Assembly (NCBI GenBank): GCA_028826165.1 | Contig: JAPDFW010000070.1 | Span: forward strand, 1,240,001 to 1,304,000 | Direction: 5' to 3' | Length of the DNA: 64,000 bases | Source of the DNA: Anaeramoeba ignava BMAN | Taxonomy: Eukaryota > Protista > Anaeramoebae | Part shown: positions 49,718 through 63,981 of the stretch, in pieces | How positions within the stretch are numbered: position 1 is the first letter of the stretch | How the letters are laid out: the number at the start of each line of letters is the position of its first letter | The notes under the pieces: model-generated | Told to the model about the DNA's origin: nothing | The model's input: the letters and a program-made list of their open reading frames with translations, nothing else | Databases searched by the model: none | Made by a program: the position numbers and the translations under genes

Positions 49718-52700
49718 ATGAATAATCAAAAAAATAAAATTGATAAAATTTTTAATCAACTTAAAAATTTACAACAAAATTCACAAAAAAATTCTCCTAT
49801 TATTCAATCCATTATTGAAGAACTTTTAACATTAGATTTTAAAAACAATTTAAATTTAGAAAAAGTTCATTAATTAATTTTTTTTATAAAAGATTTTAAA
49901 TTAAAAAATTAATTAATTAATTCATCTTTTTAATTTAAATTTTTAGAAAATTTTAACAATAATTGAGTTTTTATTTGAAAGAATTAAAGAAGAAAAACAA
50001 CAATTAGGATTGAAATTTTGTCATTTAATTAGTAAAACAAAACAAAATGTAAAAGAATTTGTTTTTAAATTAAAAATAAAATTTAAATTGATTTCTTTTA
50101 AATAATATTTAAAAAAAAAATAATTTAGTTTGGAATTAATGAAAAAATTCACGAAAAAGCAACAAATTTGATACATAATCTTCTTATTCTTTCTAAAAAC
50201 AAAGAAAAATATGATCTTTTAAAATCAGCTTCTCAAATTCTTTATAGAAGAGAAAGAAATAAATTTATAAACTTTGAATTACTTAAAGATTTAATTAAAG
50301 AATTAAACCAAATGAAAGATGATGAAAAAACAATTGATTTAGGTGAATTAAGATATTTAGTGATTTGCATTGGGAATTTATGTATGAAATCTGGAAAAAA
50401 ATTAAGTCAGTATTATTCTCAAATTTTTCAAGCATTATTCCAAAAACTTTGCATGCTTTCACAAGTTAATGAATCAGCAACTCAACATTCACAAGTATTA
50501 TTTGAGAAAAAAGAAGAAGAAATAAATTGATTGTAATTTTTTTTTTTGAATAGACTTTATATAGTTTAGTAAGAGCTGTTCAATATTGCATTAATGAAAG
50601 CAAAATAATACCTCCTGAAAAACAAAAACCGTTGTTAACAATTCTCAAAAGATTAATGTTCTTTGGAACCCATGTATCAACGCTAAGATATTCTTCAGAT
50701 AGCTTTATTTATTTTGAATATAAACTAAACGAGAAAACAAATGAAGAAAATACAAATTCTGAAAATGATGAAACCAAAAACGAATTGGAAGATAACGAGC
50801 AAAATTATGTTACAAAAGTAAGATCTGCAGCATTATCGTGTTTACAAGTCATTGCCAAAATATTACGAAATAAAATACATGGAGAATGGGGTCTTTTTTT
50901 ACCCACAAATCAATCAGTTAATTCAATGAATTTACTCACGATAGCAGCTCATGATCCTGATCCAGAAGTTCGTGAAAAAGCTCTAAGTGCCATTTCAAGT
51001 TTAATTGACGGCTCTCGCCAGTTTTTGAGTTTTGCAGAAGATAAAAATTTGGGGATCGGAACATCTTTTACTCCTTTATCAAGAGTTTTGGGTCAAATGA
51101 TCCAAGAAATCCACAACAATCTTCATATGATACTCACAAAAGAAAAGGACTTAAAAACAATCGTTCATGCTTTAAATTGCTTTTCTGTTTTTATATCAAA
51201 CATTTCCTATCATAAACTTACAATGGGATATTTGTCAAGAGTCATTGGAATGCTAGAATCCTTTTTATTGAATCCAAATTCAAATCCTCAAGTTTTACGG
51301 GCAAGTCTCTATTGTCTTGGCTCAGTTTTTTCAACTAAAACAAAAATAATGGAAGTTTCGCATTATTTGTTAACAGTAACAAAGAGAATGAAACCAAACA
51401 CCACTCCAAATTTCCAATTTCAGTTTATATCCTCAAACCAAAATTTGGACAAATCGAAATTAAATTTGAACTTGAAATTGAATTCAAATACAAACAATTT
51501 GTTGTTGAAAAATCAAAACTTTTTGGCAAATTCTGATAATCTCGTCTCTCCTCATAATTTAAAAATTCAATCACCACTGAAAAAAGAAGATGAAAAACAA
51601 ATCAAAGAACCAACCATTTTCGATATCATTTTTAATATTCTTTCCTTCCAAACAAACACTGAAGAAATAAGTAATCTCGCATTAGAATCGCTTTCAGTTT
51701 TGACAAAGTTATGCATAAATTATTCATGGGTTATTGAACAACTCTGGGAATATCTCTCGCCATTGCTTCTTTCATTGTCAAGACGTTTCCACGAATATGT
51801 AATCTGCAATCGATGCTTCCATTTGTTTGAAGAGCTTCTTCATTCAATTGAAAAAGAGAGTAACGAAGTTGATAATTCACAAATTTCTGAAGGAGACATC
51901 ATCCAAAAACCGACTAGAAAAAGAATCTTGTTATTATGGACAAATATAATTGAAAATCACTTTGTTCCACATTTTCAACCAAACGAATGCAACTTTTCCG
52001 TTATCATCTCAATATTGAATTCTTTGGCAAGTTTGTCATCATCAAGTTGCGCAATGCTTAATCAAGATCTTCGAAGAGAATCCATCAACTTTATTCACAA
52101 ATCAACATCAAATGGAAACGCAAATGTTCGAATTTCAGCTTTTCGTGCTTTAGGAAATTTGTCACTTTTTTCAGTTGTCAGAGAAACACCTGGATTTATT
52201 GACCAAACATTAAGTTCTATAATCATAAGTTTGAATAAAGACAAAACAGCAAATGTTCGCATTCGTGCGTCTTGGGCTTTGGCGAATGTTTGTGACACAT
52301 TTTGCTTGGATAAACAAAGTAAGGAAGAATTTTTCACTTTTAACCAAAATACAAATACGATCACAAAGATGCTTAAAGACGAGAACAATCCAACAGCTTT
52401 CTCGACAAAAACACTTGGTTTCTCATTTTCTTCCAATCCTTTAGATCTTATTATCAATAATATCGATATAAAAACACTAGTTATCATTGCACAATTAGCA
52501 ATTAAATTGACGAAAGATAACAAAAAAATACGCGCAAATGCACTTAGAGCACTTGGAAATTTATCTTGTGTCGCTCCAAAGTCTTTTTTGGAATATCAAG
52601 ATGGGAAACTAATGGAAGAAATAGTTAATTGCTTTAGGGATTCTGTTTTGGATCCTGATTCTGGTCTTGATAAAATTAGATGGAACTCTTGTTATGCTAT

Positions 52701-53229
52701 TGGTTCTTTATTTAAAAATAGTTATTTACAAAATCATTATTCTCAATTCTCATGGATTTCAAGTTTAATTTCAAGTTTGGTTCATCTTATTAAAGTTGAA
52801 ACTAATTTTAAAACTCGCATTCACTCTGTAACAGCTTTGTCAAATATTCATTCAAGAAGTTGCTTTGGTTCAACTCAGAATATTTATTCAATTTTATCCG
52901 ATTTGGAAAATTCTTTGAATCAAATTTCTAATGAATCATTTACTGTTGATCATTCTTCTCATCAAAATTATGTCAATACTTTAGCTGAAAAAATTATTAT
53001 AACCATTTTGAAGTTAACAAGCTTGATTACGAAAGAAGAAGTTTTGCAATCAAAAGAAATTCAAGATTTTATTTTACAAAAGATTCCAAATATTTATCAA
53101 ATTTTCCAAATGTTTCAATATCAAAATCATCCACAAAATTCTTTAGAGTTTTTTACAATGTTACGAAGAATTGAGATTTTAATTCAACAAACACAAGAAC
53201 AATTAAAAGATAATTTACACAAGGATTAA
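49718..53229 (+). CDS. HEATR6: HEAT-repeat protein 6-like (DUF4042); exons 49718-49864, 49947-50048, 50129-50494, 50554-53229
   Basis: KVRSAALSCL...W.LFLP...LLT....DP...VR..AL..ISSLIDGSRQFL..AE...SFTPLS..LG; VRIRASWALAN; KIRWNSCYAIG; NFKTRI. Three short phase-0 introns. Confidence 0.85.
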
Positions 53230-53234
53230 GCCAT

Positions 53235-53480
53235 TTATAAAATTACAAATCAAATTATAAATCAAATTATAAATCAAATTATAAATCAAATTATAAATCA
53301 AATTATAAAAAGCCAAATAAATAAAATTACAAATTAAATTATAAATCAAATTATAAATTAAATTATAAATTAAATTATAAATCAAATTACAAATCAAATT
53401 ATAAATAAAATTATAAATCAAATCATTTACAAAATTATAAATCAAATTATAAATTAAATTATAAATTAAATCATAAATAA
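53235..53480. repeat. 12-bp (AAATYAAATTAT)n array downstream of HEATR6
   Basis: Directly visible. Confidence 0.85.
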
Positions 53481-53586
53481 AATTATAAGATTATTTGTGA
53501 TTATTTTGAATAAAATTTTTCAAAAAATAAAATTCATTTTTTTCCTTTTGTTAAATCATTTTAAAAAATTTCTATATTAAATTTAA

Positions 53587-54543
53587 ATGGAAGAGAAAAA
53601 AATTAAAGAATTTTCTTTTGAAATTCAAAAAATTTTCCAACAAGATATTGGAAATCGAGGAATAAAAGACACTTTTGAAAAATTTCCGAATATCTTATTT
53701 GAATCAGCAAAATGTTTATATTCAAGTTGTTTAGGAATGGGAATATTTTCTGGTTTTTTCATTCCTTCAACAAATTCTTCAGAAACAGATGGACCTTTAG
53801 GAATGTTTTCAATTGTTAATGCATTTCTTAGAATCAAAAAATCAGTTCCTGTTTATATTATTATTGATAAAAATAATGAAATTATTATCAATGAAACCTT
53901 TAAAGAATTAATTGATGAATTTAAAGAAAGATTAAATTTTGTTGTTTTCCAATCAAAAGAAGAAATTGAAGGAAAAAAAGGAAAAGATTTACTAAGCAAA
54001 CTTGATGTTCTCATTTCAATAGAAAGAGTTGGACGAGCAAAAGATAATATTTTCTATAATATGAGAGCAGTTGATATATCATCATTTACTTTACCTCTAG
54101 ATTCATTATTTCTTCAAATAAAAGAAACTAAACAAGAAATTAAAACAATCGCAATTGGTGATGGATTAAATGAAACTGGAATGGGAATTTTCTATGAAAT
54201 TGCTAAGAAAAATGTTCGTTTTGGTGAAACTATTGGTTGTGTTGTTGATTCTGATTATCCAATAACAGCTGGTGTAAGTAATTGGGGTGGAGATGGTTTA
54301 GCTATTGTTTTAATTGCTTTTTCTTGTTTAAATAATTCTCAATTAAAAGTTGAATTATCTAAAATTTTTCCAACTTTTTTTCTTTTGAGTAAAATTTTGG
54401 ATAATATTTTAGAAAAAGGAGCTGTTGATGGAATTTCTCATAAATCTGAAAGATCTGTTGATGGATTAAAATTTGATAAAGTTCATAAAGAAATTTTAGA
54501 TAAATCAAAAGAAAAATTTGAAGAATTTTTTTTCACTTTTTAA
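53587..54543 (+). CDS. DGLUCY: D-glutamate cyclase-like (DUF4392)
   Basis: QDIGNRG, SGF, ETDGPLG, ISIERVGRA.D..FYNMRA.DIS, IAIGDGLNETGMG, GVSNWGG, VDG. Confidence 0.85.
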   Translation: MEEKKIKEFSFEIQKIFQQDIGNRGIKDTFEKFPNILFESAKCLYSSCLGMGIFSGFFIPSTNSSETDGPLGMFSIVNAFLRIKKSVPVYIIIDKNNEIIINETFKELIDEFKERLNFVVFQSKEEIEGKKGKDLLSKLDVLISIERVGRAKDNIFYNMRAVDISSFTLPLDSLFLQIKETKQEIKTIAIGDGLNETGMGIFYEIAKKNVRFGETIGCVVDSDYPITAGVSNWGGDGLAIVLIAFSCLNNSQLKVELSKIFPTFFLLSKILDNILEKGAVDGISHKSERSVDGLKFDKVHKEILDKSKEKFEEFFFTF

Positions 54544-54715
54544 ATACGTTAAAAAAAAAAATTTAAAAAAAAAAAAAGATTTTATTTATTTTTCTTTTTT
54601 GGATTTAACGAATATCTTTTATTTTAAAATTCTTTTTCTTCTTTTTCTTCTTTTTTGGATTTTGGATTTTTTCATTTTTTTTCTTTCATTTTTTCTTTTT
54701 TTAAAAAAAAAAAAG

Positions 54716-57700
54716 ATGAATTTTTTAATTTCTAAAATTTTAAAATCTCAAAATATTCAAATTCAAAATTTAAAACAATTTAAAACAACATATTCAAAAC
54801 AAGAAATTTGTATTTCATTTCAAAATATTCTTCATTTCATTTCAAGAAATGATCCTGAAAAAATTTTAAATGTTGAATTTGAATCAAAAATTATTGATTA
54901 TTTATGGAATGAAAAAACAAATTATATGATAATTATTGATAATAAAGGAATTCTTTATTTTTTCAATGTTGATTTACACAAAATTATTTTTTCAAAACAA
55001 ATAATTTCAACTCCAAATATAATTTTAGGAATCAAATTTATTCCTTCTTTTCAAGAAACAAATTCAAATGAAAATGAAAATCAAAATCAAAATGAAAATC
55101 AAAATCAAAATCAAAATCAAAATCAAAATCAAGGAAAAATTTTAATAATTTCAAATCAAGGAAATATTTTGATTGCAAATGGTGTTGATTTTTCCAAAAT
55201 TAATCAAAGCTTCCAACAATTTATTTCAAATATTTCTTTTGAAGAAGATCAAATTGCAAATTTTCCTATTGAAAATGTTATTGTTTATCAAGATCAACGA
55301 GATATTTCTCAAATATTTTTCATGAACAATCATAAAAGTTTGTTATGCTATCATATTAATAGTAGAATAACAATTGAAACAGGATTAAATTTTGATTGCA
55401 AAAAAATTCATATTATTGGAAGTTATGGAGTTGTTTTAGATCAAAATGGGGATTTATTATTAATTTTTATTGAAAAGACTGGAAGGTAATTTAAAAATCA
55501 AAATCAAAATCAAAATTTAAATCAAAATTTAAATCAAAATCAAAATCAAAATCTATTTAAAAATCAAAATCAATTTAAAAATCAAAATCTATTTAAAAAT
55601 CAAAATCAATTTAAAAATCAAAATCTATTTAAAAATCAAAATCTAAATCAAAATAAAAATCTATTTAAAAATCTATTTAAAAATCTATTTAAAAATCTAT
55701 TTAAAAATCTATTTAAAAATCAATTTGAAAATATAATAGAATAACTACATTGAATCATTTAAAAATATCTTGTTTGGATTTAAAAACTATTTCTTAAAAA
55801 TCAATTTAAAAATATAATAGAATAAATTAAATCATTTAAAAATATCTTGTTTGGATTTCCAACTTGTTTCTTTAAAATCTCAAAATAAATCTTTTATAAT
55901 TTTCGTACAAAAAATTGATACTTTTAATCTCATTTCTTTCCCAGACTTTAAAATATTATATACTCAGAATATCAATTCCAAATTATCTCATAATTTTATT
56001 TTTGCAGAAAATTTAAACTCAAAAAATATTAAAGAAAATCTAAAAGAAAATTTCTTCTTATTTACTCATATCATTGAAAACGATCAATCTTTTGAGCTTA
56101 ATTTGAGTTCTTTTGAAATGGATGATTTTGAAAAAATTATCGATACAATAAATCAATCTTCATTCTCAATTGATATTCAACAAGAAATGTTTCAAGAAAA
56201 GAATTTTGGATTGAATGAATCTTTATTATTTTCAAATTTACAAAATCAAATTTCTTATCAAATTATTTCATCTTTATTTATCAATATTATTTCCAGAATA
56301 GATATTAGAAATGAACAAGAAAAATTCATGAATGTGTTTCAGGAAATTAAAAAGAAAGCATACCAATTGAAATTTCAGAATTTTTTAGTTGAAATTATTC
56401 TTAATTCATCTCCTTTCCCAAATTTCAAATTTTTTTCATTCATGATTGAAACACTTACATATTGTAATGAAAATGAAGACAGATCAACAGATAAAAACAC
56501 TACTTTTTCATTAAAAATTTTACTGAATCAAACATATGCAAAATTCACAACATTTCTTATGATTTTTGATGACCAACTTTCTATAAAAAGAAATCATAAA
56601 TCAAGTATTGATAATCAAAAAGATCAACAATTTACAGATATTTCAATAAAATGGCAACAATTCCGTTTAACGGAAGGATTTGCATCGATTCTTTACGAAT
56701 TGGTTCATCAATCAGAATTGGAAAAAGCCTTGATTGTTTGGGATAGGCATTGTTCAATTTTTGCAAGAATAAATAATTTTGAATTTGATATGAAAATTTT
56801 ATTATCTCAAATATCTTCAAATCTTCACTTGAATTCAATTTCGCGTTTTATTTGGAATGTATTCAAATCAACAGAACACAAAGAGCAAGAAATTATTGTT
56901 GATTGGCTAATTTCAAAAGCAGAGAAAATTGATAGAGAAGAATTAGATATTGTTGAAACAATCAAATTATTACAAAAAATTTCTTCATATCGGGAATATG
57001 ATTTATTTGTGGATAGTCGTTCAATAAATTCACCAGGAGTTTTAGTTGATTTTCTTCGCAATGAATTTGTTCCAAATAATTCAAATTCAGATGGAAATGA
57101 AGAACTGGGAAATTCTGAATACCAAAACTTAATGGAAAGAAAAGTAGAACAAATGATTTGGAAAATGAAAGACTTTTTGCAATTTATGAAGAAGAGAAAA
57201 CTTTTCCTTGCAAAAAAGCAAGATAGCAACGAAACTAATCGAGCTTATCGATCTTTTATTCAATCATTAAATTTTGATTTTTTTTCACATTTCCATAATT
57301 TTTTTGAAGGAAAACCTGATCAATTAATATTTGCTTTTTTGACATACTTTAATTTATTTGATTTTAAAGATTCTGCTTTTCTGAAATATTATTCAACAAA
57401 ATATGAGATTCCATTATCAACTTCTTTAGCTAAATTTATCAATTTGATAATTGATAATGTTGAAAAAGATGAAGGTTATAATGAAAGAAATTCTAAAATT
57501 ACTCAACTTGTTAATTTGATACCAAATCAAGAAGAAAAAATTCAGATGATATTAAATATTTTGAGAATAGAGCCAGAAGTTTTAAATCCATATTTAGATG
57601 AATTAATTGATAAAGTATTTCTAAAACAAAACCAAATATTTTTTAAAAAGAGAAAAATCAATATTCAAAAAACATCTTTTTGTTTTTTTTTTTTTTAAAT

Positions 57701-60700
57701 TTATTCATTTAAAAAGGAACTCAAATTAGAATCAAAACTTAATCAAGAATTATCAACTCAATGGAACTTAACAAAACTCCACCAAATTCTCAAAAGAAAC
57801 GGAATCCAAGAGGCAAATATCATAACAAACTTGAGAAAGATGAAATTGGTTCATCGATTTATTCTTTCCAAAATTCACGATCCAAATGCATTACAAGATG
57901 CATTAAAACTTTCTGCTATTTTCCACAACTTGTCTAAATTTGAAACTTATCGAATTTACTTACAAAATTTGATTGACTCAAATGAAACTAAAAAAGCAGT
58001 TTCTTTGCTTTGGAAATATGATTTCTATTGAGAATTCTTTAATAATAGCACATCAGTTGTTGAATTACTGTCTACAATTTTTGAAAGAAAACTCAAATCA
58101 AACCCAATCCAAAAAAATAGAATTGCTTTTTGGTGGAAATTCAGATGAAATTTATGCCAAATATCTGCAAGATTGTTTAATGGTTATTGAAAGAATGGTT
58201 CATTTAAAACAAAATCAATTTATTGAACCAAAAAAACTTGAAATGATAAAATCAATGAAAATATTATTTGATGAATTCAAAATGAAATTTTCGTTGGAGC
58301 AATTTTCAAAAGAAGAAACAAGAATCAATATTTTAAGAAACATCCATTTCGAACAACAAAACAATAGTAATTTGAATTATCCAAAAATGAATATATCAGG
58401 AAAATATTCGAATATTTCCCAATTATGTGAAGTTTTGCATTTGGATCAGGATATAGGACTTCGAGAAATAATTGAGTGGGATTTGAAACACAAAAATTAT
58501 TTATCACTTGTTAATAATGTTAGTGAATTTTTGAAAATTTCTCGAAAAGAAAAATTTGATCAAGTGGTTCAATTTTTAGAAAAGGTTAATTTTACAATTT
58601 TTAAGACAATTCATATTAAAGAAAAGGAAGAGGAAATTTACAACAAATTAGAGATTATTACAAGTATTATTTACCAAACTTTGTTGAATTCACCTTCAAG
58701 AAAATATTTTGTTTCTTTGATTTCTCAATTCAAAAATATAAACATTTGCAGATATGTAGTATTCAATTCTCTTGTGCAGAATCAAGAGAAAGAGAAAGAG
58801 GAAGAAAAAGAGAAAGAAAAAGAAAGAATGTATTTAATGATATCGAAAAGAAAACTAAACACTTTTTCAATGGAAAATACAAACACAAAAATACTTCTTC
58901 AAACTTTGCTAAAAGGAAGCGAATTATCAATGAAATTTGCAATGGATCCTATCGAATATGATATGGTTCTTGAAGACTCCAACAATTACCAGAAAAGAAA
59001 CGATACAAACGATATGACAATGCTGAGTTTCAATGCAATCCAAATGAACACTTTTATTCAGACCCAAAAAGAGGCATTAGAGCAATCAATGAAAATTCTA
59101 AAAGAGATGAACAATCATGAGTTGATGCTGAATATACTATATCTTGCAGAAGAACAGGAGGCATTTCCATTGGAATTGGTGAACACAATATATCAGCAAT
59201 TGTTTATTGAGTCTGTAAGTTGCGAATTCATTGATCATGGTCTCTCTGTTGCATATTTAACAAGTTTGCCGTGTCAAGACGGATTTGAAACCTTTCGGAA
59301 ATGCTTAATGGAAACACGGTTTGACTACAAACGGTTGTATCAAGTAGCAAAGATTGGGATGATGACTGGGATCTTATGGAAGCAGCCTTCGTTCTATCAG
59401 GATTGCAAAGAACTGCAAGATAATGCTTATTGGTGGAATTTTTTTCAATTACTTCAAATTGACTTTTCAGAAGTGGAATTTTTGGAAAGTGGTGACAGAA
59501 GCTACCACCACTCACTTGTTCCTGTTTTGCTCCAGAAAACTAACTTGGATCTCTTTTTGACAATCGAGTTTTGCGAGTGTTATGGGATCGGCCCTGATCT
59601 CCCAAAGCTGCTCTTTATCCAACTCCTGCTCTTATCAAATGATTCTGAAGATGAAGATGTTTCGGATTATCAGGATAAAATACTTGCTGTTATGGATGAA
59701 ATCGATACACAAGATGTTCTTCATTTATTCAAAGATATATGCTATAAAAATGTTAACCAAAAAGACTATCGAAAACTTGAGTATGTTTGCAATCAAATCA
59801 TTCGTTTAGAATCTGGGAAAATTCCTGATGAAATCTCAAGGGATTTGATCATCCTCAGTATTCTTGAAAATTATGACAAACAATTCTGCAATTCTGAGAC
59901 AATAGAGTATTCCAAAATACCTTTTCATGACTTGATGGAAGATCCATGGACTGTTCTTCGTCCTCTGATATCCGAAATCACTTTGAACTATTTGCTTCCT
60001 TTAGTTTCCCCACTTGATCTTTCTGTTGATCAATTTTATCGTTGTGTTTTTGACAATCTAATCAATAATCAGCAGAATATCAGTCATGATTCTGTTCAAA
60101 AATTGCGTTATTATGTTGATTTAATTCGCAATGAATATTTGAGAATTCAACTTTATTTAAAAATTTGCGAACATATGGAAAGTGGAACAGAAAGTCATTC
60201 TCTTGCACAGACTGCCCTTCAAATGATAGCACAAGCATTGCTAAGTCTTCAGGATATTTCCGAAGATGACGAAGAATATCACGCGAAAATCAACATGCAA
60301 ATAAAGTTTCAAAAGTTGCGATTAACTTGCGAAAAACTTGACAGCAAAATTTTAACTAGTTGGCAATTAAAGTTAAATGGAATAACTGGAATTTCAGAGC
60401 AACTTTTTAACGATATTCCAGAGCTCATTTGCAGACTCTATCAATCTCAAAGCATTTCGTATCTTTCTCTGTTGAAAAAGAAGAAGAAAAGAAAGTTGGA
60501 TATTGTTAATTTTTCTGATAATCAACCCGAAATTTATCTTGATAATCTCCATTTACTAATTAATGACATTGCAGCAAGACATCAACTCAACGCAGACAAA
60601 ATTCGTAGTTCTCTCATACAATTCTGGTTATTATCAAATCCCGAGGATGAAGCAAAGAGCAAAATGGATGGATTTAAAGCACATTTTGTTCGTTCGAAAA

Positions 60701-62050
60701 AGAAAAAAATAAAGGAATTGCAAAATAATCTCGACTCAAAATCAAATTTAACCACTAATAACAACCAGAAACAAAACATAAACCCACAAGAAAAAGAGGA
60801 GATATCTTCGATAGATAATTACATCCTCGATCAATTGCATCGAGAAGAAGAGAAAAACATAGAATTAAGATTGGAATATTTATTAACATATGGAAAAATT
60901 GAAAAAAATTTGGTCTTCTTACTAAATTATGCGTATCAAAAAACAACAGCAAAAACAACACCAATGTCGAAAGCAAGATCCATTAAACTTGCTTTCACGA
61001 TCGGCACACACCAACAAATCACTTCACTATTCAAAAATGATATTTCCAAATTGTATTCAAGAATGCAACTTCTTTTTTTCTGTTCTGAATTTTCCAAAAT
61101 TTCAATGGAAATAAATGTAAAACAACTTTCTTCGGTCAACAAAGAGGATCTTGTCATCCATTTGCTAACAAATTATTCCCAAAACATCCAAGCATGCATT
61201 ATTGCGAGTCAGATCATGTTTGATTTTAAGATTAACAACCAAGATATTTGGCAAAAATTATTCACAAAATTGGTTGATTTCAAAACTCATTTCAATTATA
61301 TTTCCTCTTTTTCTAAATCTCTCAAGATATCCCCAAATACAGTCATTGCCAAATATCAAAGAATTATTTCAACGATCCATTATGTTTCCTATAGAGGAAC
61401 TAATGACTTTCTCAAAGCAAAAAAAGGAACAAACAAAATCCATTTTGGGAAATTCGAAATTTTTATGGCGAAAAAAATATGAAGACCAATTAATGAGACT
61501 TGTTGTTGATCTAATAGTAAGTTCTCCATATTTATTTGATCTTGATCTTCCGTTGTTTGTCAGAGACTTTACTGTATTGGGAAGCGCAGAAAATGCGAGT
61601 CGTTGCTTCTATTTATTTGCCAAAATGCCTCAAACAAAAAAACATGAAGAATTGATTGTTTTTTTGATCCAAAACGACACAATAAATGAGTTATTAAATT
61701 GTATTGATTTCCATGATCAAAAAATACGAAATATGATTTTTGAGCAAATAAACAAGAACAAATTATATGAGAAAATTATGCAAAGTGTTCATTTTGATGA
61801 ATTTGGAAAATATCTTTTACAAGTTGATAAAATTGATGGATTATTGTTATTTTTTTTAAATCAAAATCTAATTAATGAAGCTTTAAATTTAATCAGTTTT
61901 TATTCTTCAGATTTACAAAATGATAATTTGAATAATACAATCCATATTCCTTCAAGAACAGAAAAAATCAATAAATTATTAGAATATGCAAGAAATCATT
62001 ATAATATTCAACAATATCAAGAAATACGGAAATTAATTCAAAAATTATAA
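54716..62050 (+). CDS. KNTC1: Kinetochore RZZ subunit Rod/KNTC1-like; introns ~55486-55739(or 55820) and 57615-57716; frameshifts ~58010 and ~61300
   Basis: N-terminal beta-propeller-like region and a long helical body. Rod_C-like IDHGLSVAYL, NAYWW..FQLLQIDF, LVPVLLQKTNLDL..TIEFCECYGI, KDYRKLEYV, IPFHDL..DPWTVL. Confidence 0.75.
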
Positions 62051-62138
62051 TTTTGTTAATTATTTTGATTTAACTCAATTTAAAAATTTAAAAATTAAAA
62101 GAAAAAGAAAAAGAAAAAAGAATTAATTTTGATTTTCT

Positions 62139-63981
62139 TTAATAATTTTGATTTTGTTCTTCTTTGAAGAAATTTTCTTTCCAAATCTTTGTTCGATCTT
62201 TCACAGTTTTTTTTAAATTTCCAAATTCATGACTATTTGGTTTTAAAATATTCTCAATAAAATTCTTTAATTGTTTTGAATGTTCTTGATGAATGTTCCA
62301 TTGATAAAGAACAGAATTAGTAAATGAATTAATAGCATCTTCATTTGAAGAAATTGGGAAAGACATGAGTGTTATAATTAACTTTTGAGAAGGAGAAATT
62401 CTTGAAAGTAAAATACGAATTTGATTTAAAATTTCATGATAAAATTCAAATGAAGAAGATTCAATTTGAAGAGAATTATTTAATTCCAATAAAGAATATT
62501 TTTCATTTTCATTTTCATTTTCATTTTCTTTTTCTTTTTCATTATCTTTATCTTTATCTTTTTCCTTTTCCTTTTCTTTTTCATCTTCATTTTGATTTTC
62601 ATTATTTTCTAAAGAATCAATATCCATAAATTTCCTTAATATTTCATTTGATTTTTCCATTTTTTTCTTCAATTCCTCAATTTTTTTTTCTGTTTTTAAT
62701 GAAATGTAATCCAACAAAATCAAACAAACATTTTCAATTTTTGAAATTTGATTTGAAAACTCTGCTTGGAAAAAATTCCATAAAATATTTTGTTCATAAG
62801 AATTCAATAACTCGATTGATTTCTCAAAAATTTGGATTAAATTTTTTTGTTTTGTTCCAAAAATCTTAATTTTGGTTAATAAAAGTAATTTTTGAATTTC
62901 AAACTGGAGTTTTGGATCTAAAAATTGAACAATCAAAAAAATCATCTCAAATTGGCCAATAATTTTATTTGTAATTTGGGTTTGTTTTGAAGTTAAGCAT
63001 GCGACAAAAACTTGGAAAAGTAAATCTGGATCTTGTTGTCCTGCAAATTTGAAATCATAGAACAAAAGTGAATAACTTTGTTCAGAAGAATTTTCGCCAA
63101 AATAAAAGGAAATTTTGGGAAGCATTGATTTTTCTGAAAGAATAAATAGAAGAATTCTTGCTCCAAATTTTTTGTCTATTCGTCTAAAATTTTGAATTAA
63201 ATTTTTTAGAGTTCCGTTATCTTTTTCATATGAAAAAATTAAGGATAAAAACAAATGAGTAATTTTTTGATAAGACAATAATTTGCAACTTGCAATGGTA
63301 TTAAAAATAAACTGGAACACTAATTCTTGGTTTGCTTGATTTGCTTCTGATGACAGAAACTTTTTTTTTGAAACTCGAAAAAAATCTGTGATTAAATGAT
63401 GAATTTCTTTTGATTTTGTTTTTTCGTTTAAAGAAGGGAAGTTATCAATAATTTTGGAAAATTTTTCTCTAAAAGTAGAAATTGTTTCTGTCAAGTTTTC
63501 TTGATGATTTTTCTCCATATTATGTTTTTTCTCTTTTGTTTTAGAATTAGAAATGATTTCTTTTAATCCTCTTTTTCTTGATTTTGAATTATCATTTTCT
63601 AATTCCATTGGATTTATTTTCTGTTGATTTTGTTTTTCGTCTTGAGAAGAGTTTAAAACTGATCCAAAAATATTTTTAAATTTTGATTTGAGAGAATCGT
63701 GAAGAACTTCTGAAGAAAACAGCTGTTCAAATTGAATGAATCTAAAGAGAAAGAAAGTGTAAAAAGTTACAAATTTTCTTTTTTAAAAAAATTTAAAATT
63801 TACGAAATGACTCTTTTGTCAAGAGATTGTTTAAAAGCTTCAATTATAGATTGTTTTGTGTGAATTTTTATGGATTCATTAGGTTCATAAAAAATACCAA
63901 AATCACAAAGAAAATCCATTAATTGTGAAGTGATATCGAAATATTTTGGAATTGAAAAGATCATTAATAAAAGAGCAGGTT
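62139..63981 (-). CDS. INTS3: Integrator/SOSS subunit INTS3-like, 3' portion (exons 63981-63804, 63741-62139; 5' part outside window)
   Basis: EPALLLMIFSIPKYFDITSQLMDFL...SLDKRVI-SFIQFEQLF; FGARILLF; IVQFLDP.LQ; SIELLNSYEQNILWNFFQAE. Confidence 0.75.

Noticed and set aside
940-54550. Trichomonas-like UAAA polyadenylation signal overlapping stop codons
   Set aside because: Several stops read TAAA but others do not (TAAT, TAAG, TGA). Not distinguishable from chance in such A-rich DNA.
55720-55860. Duplicated 3' splice site and exon start in KNTC1 (two copies of aatataatagaataa...aaaatatcttgtttggattt)
   Set aside because: Neither copy alone gives an open frame, but a merge does. Probably an assembly artefact rather than alternative acceptors; needs reads.
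58000-61400. KNTC1 split into several ORFs
   Set aside because: Single-base shifts in T-runs (~58010, ~61300) rejoin one protein; not separate genes.
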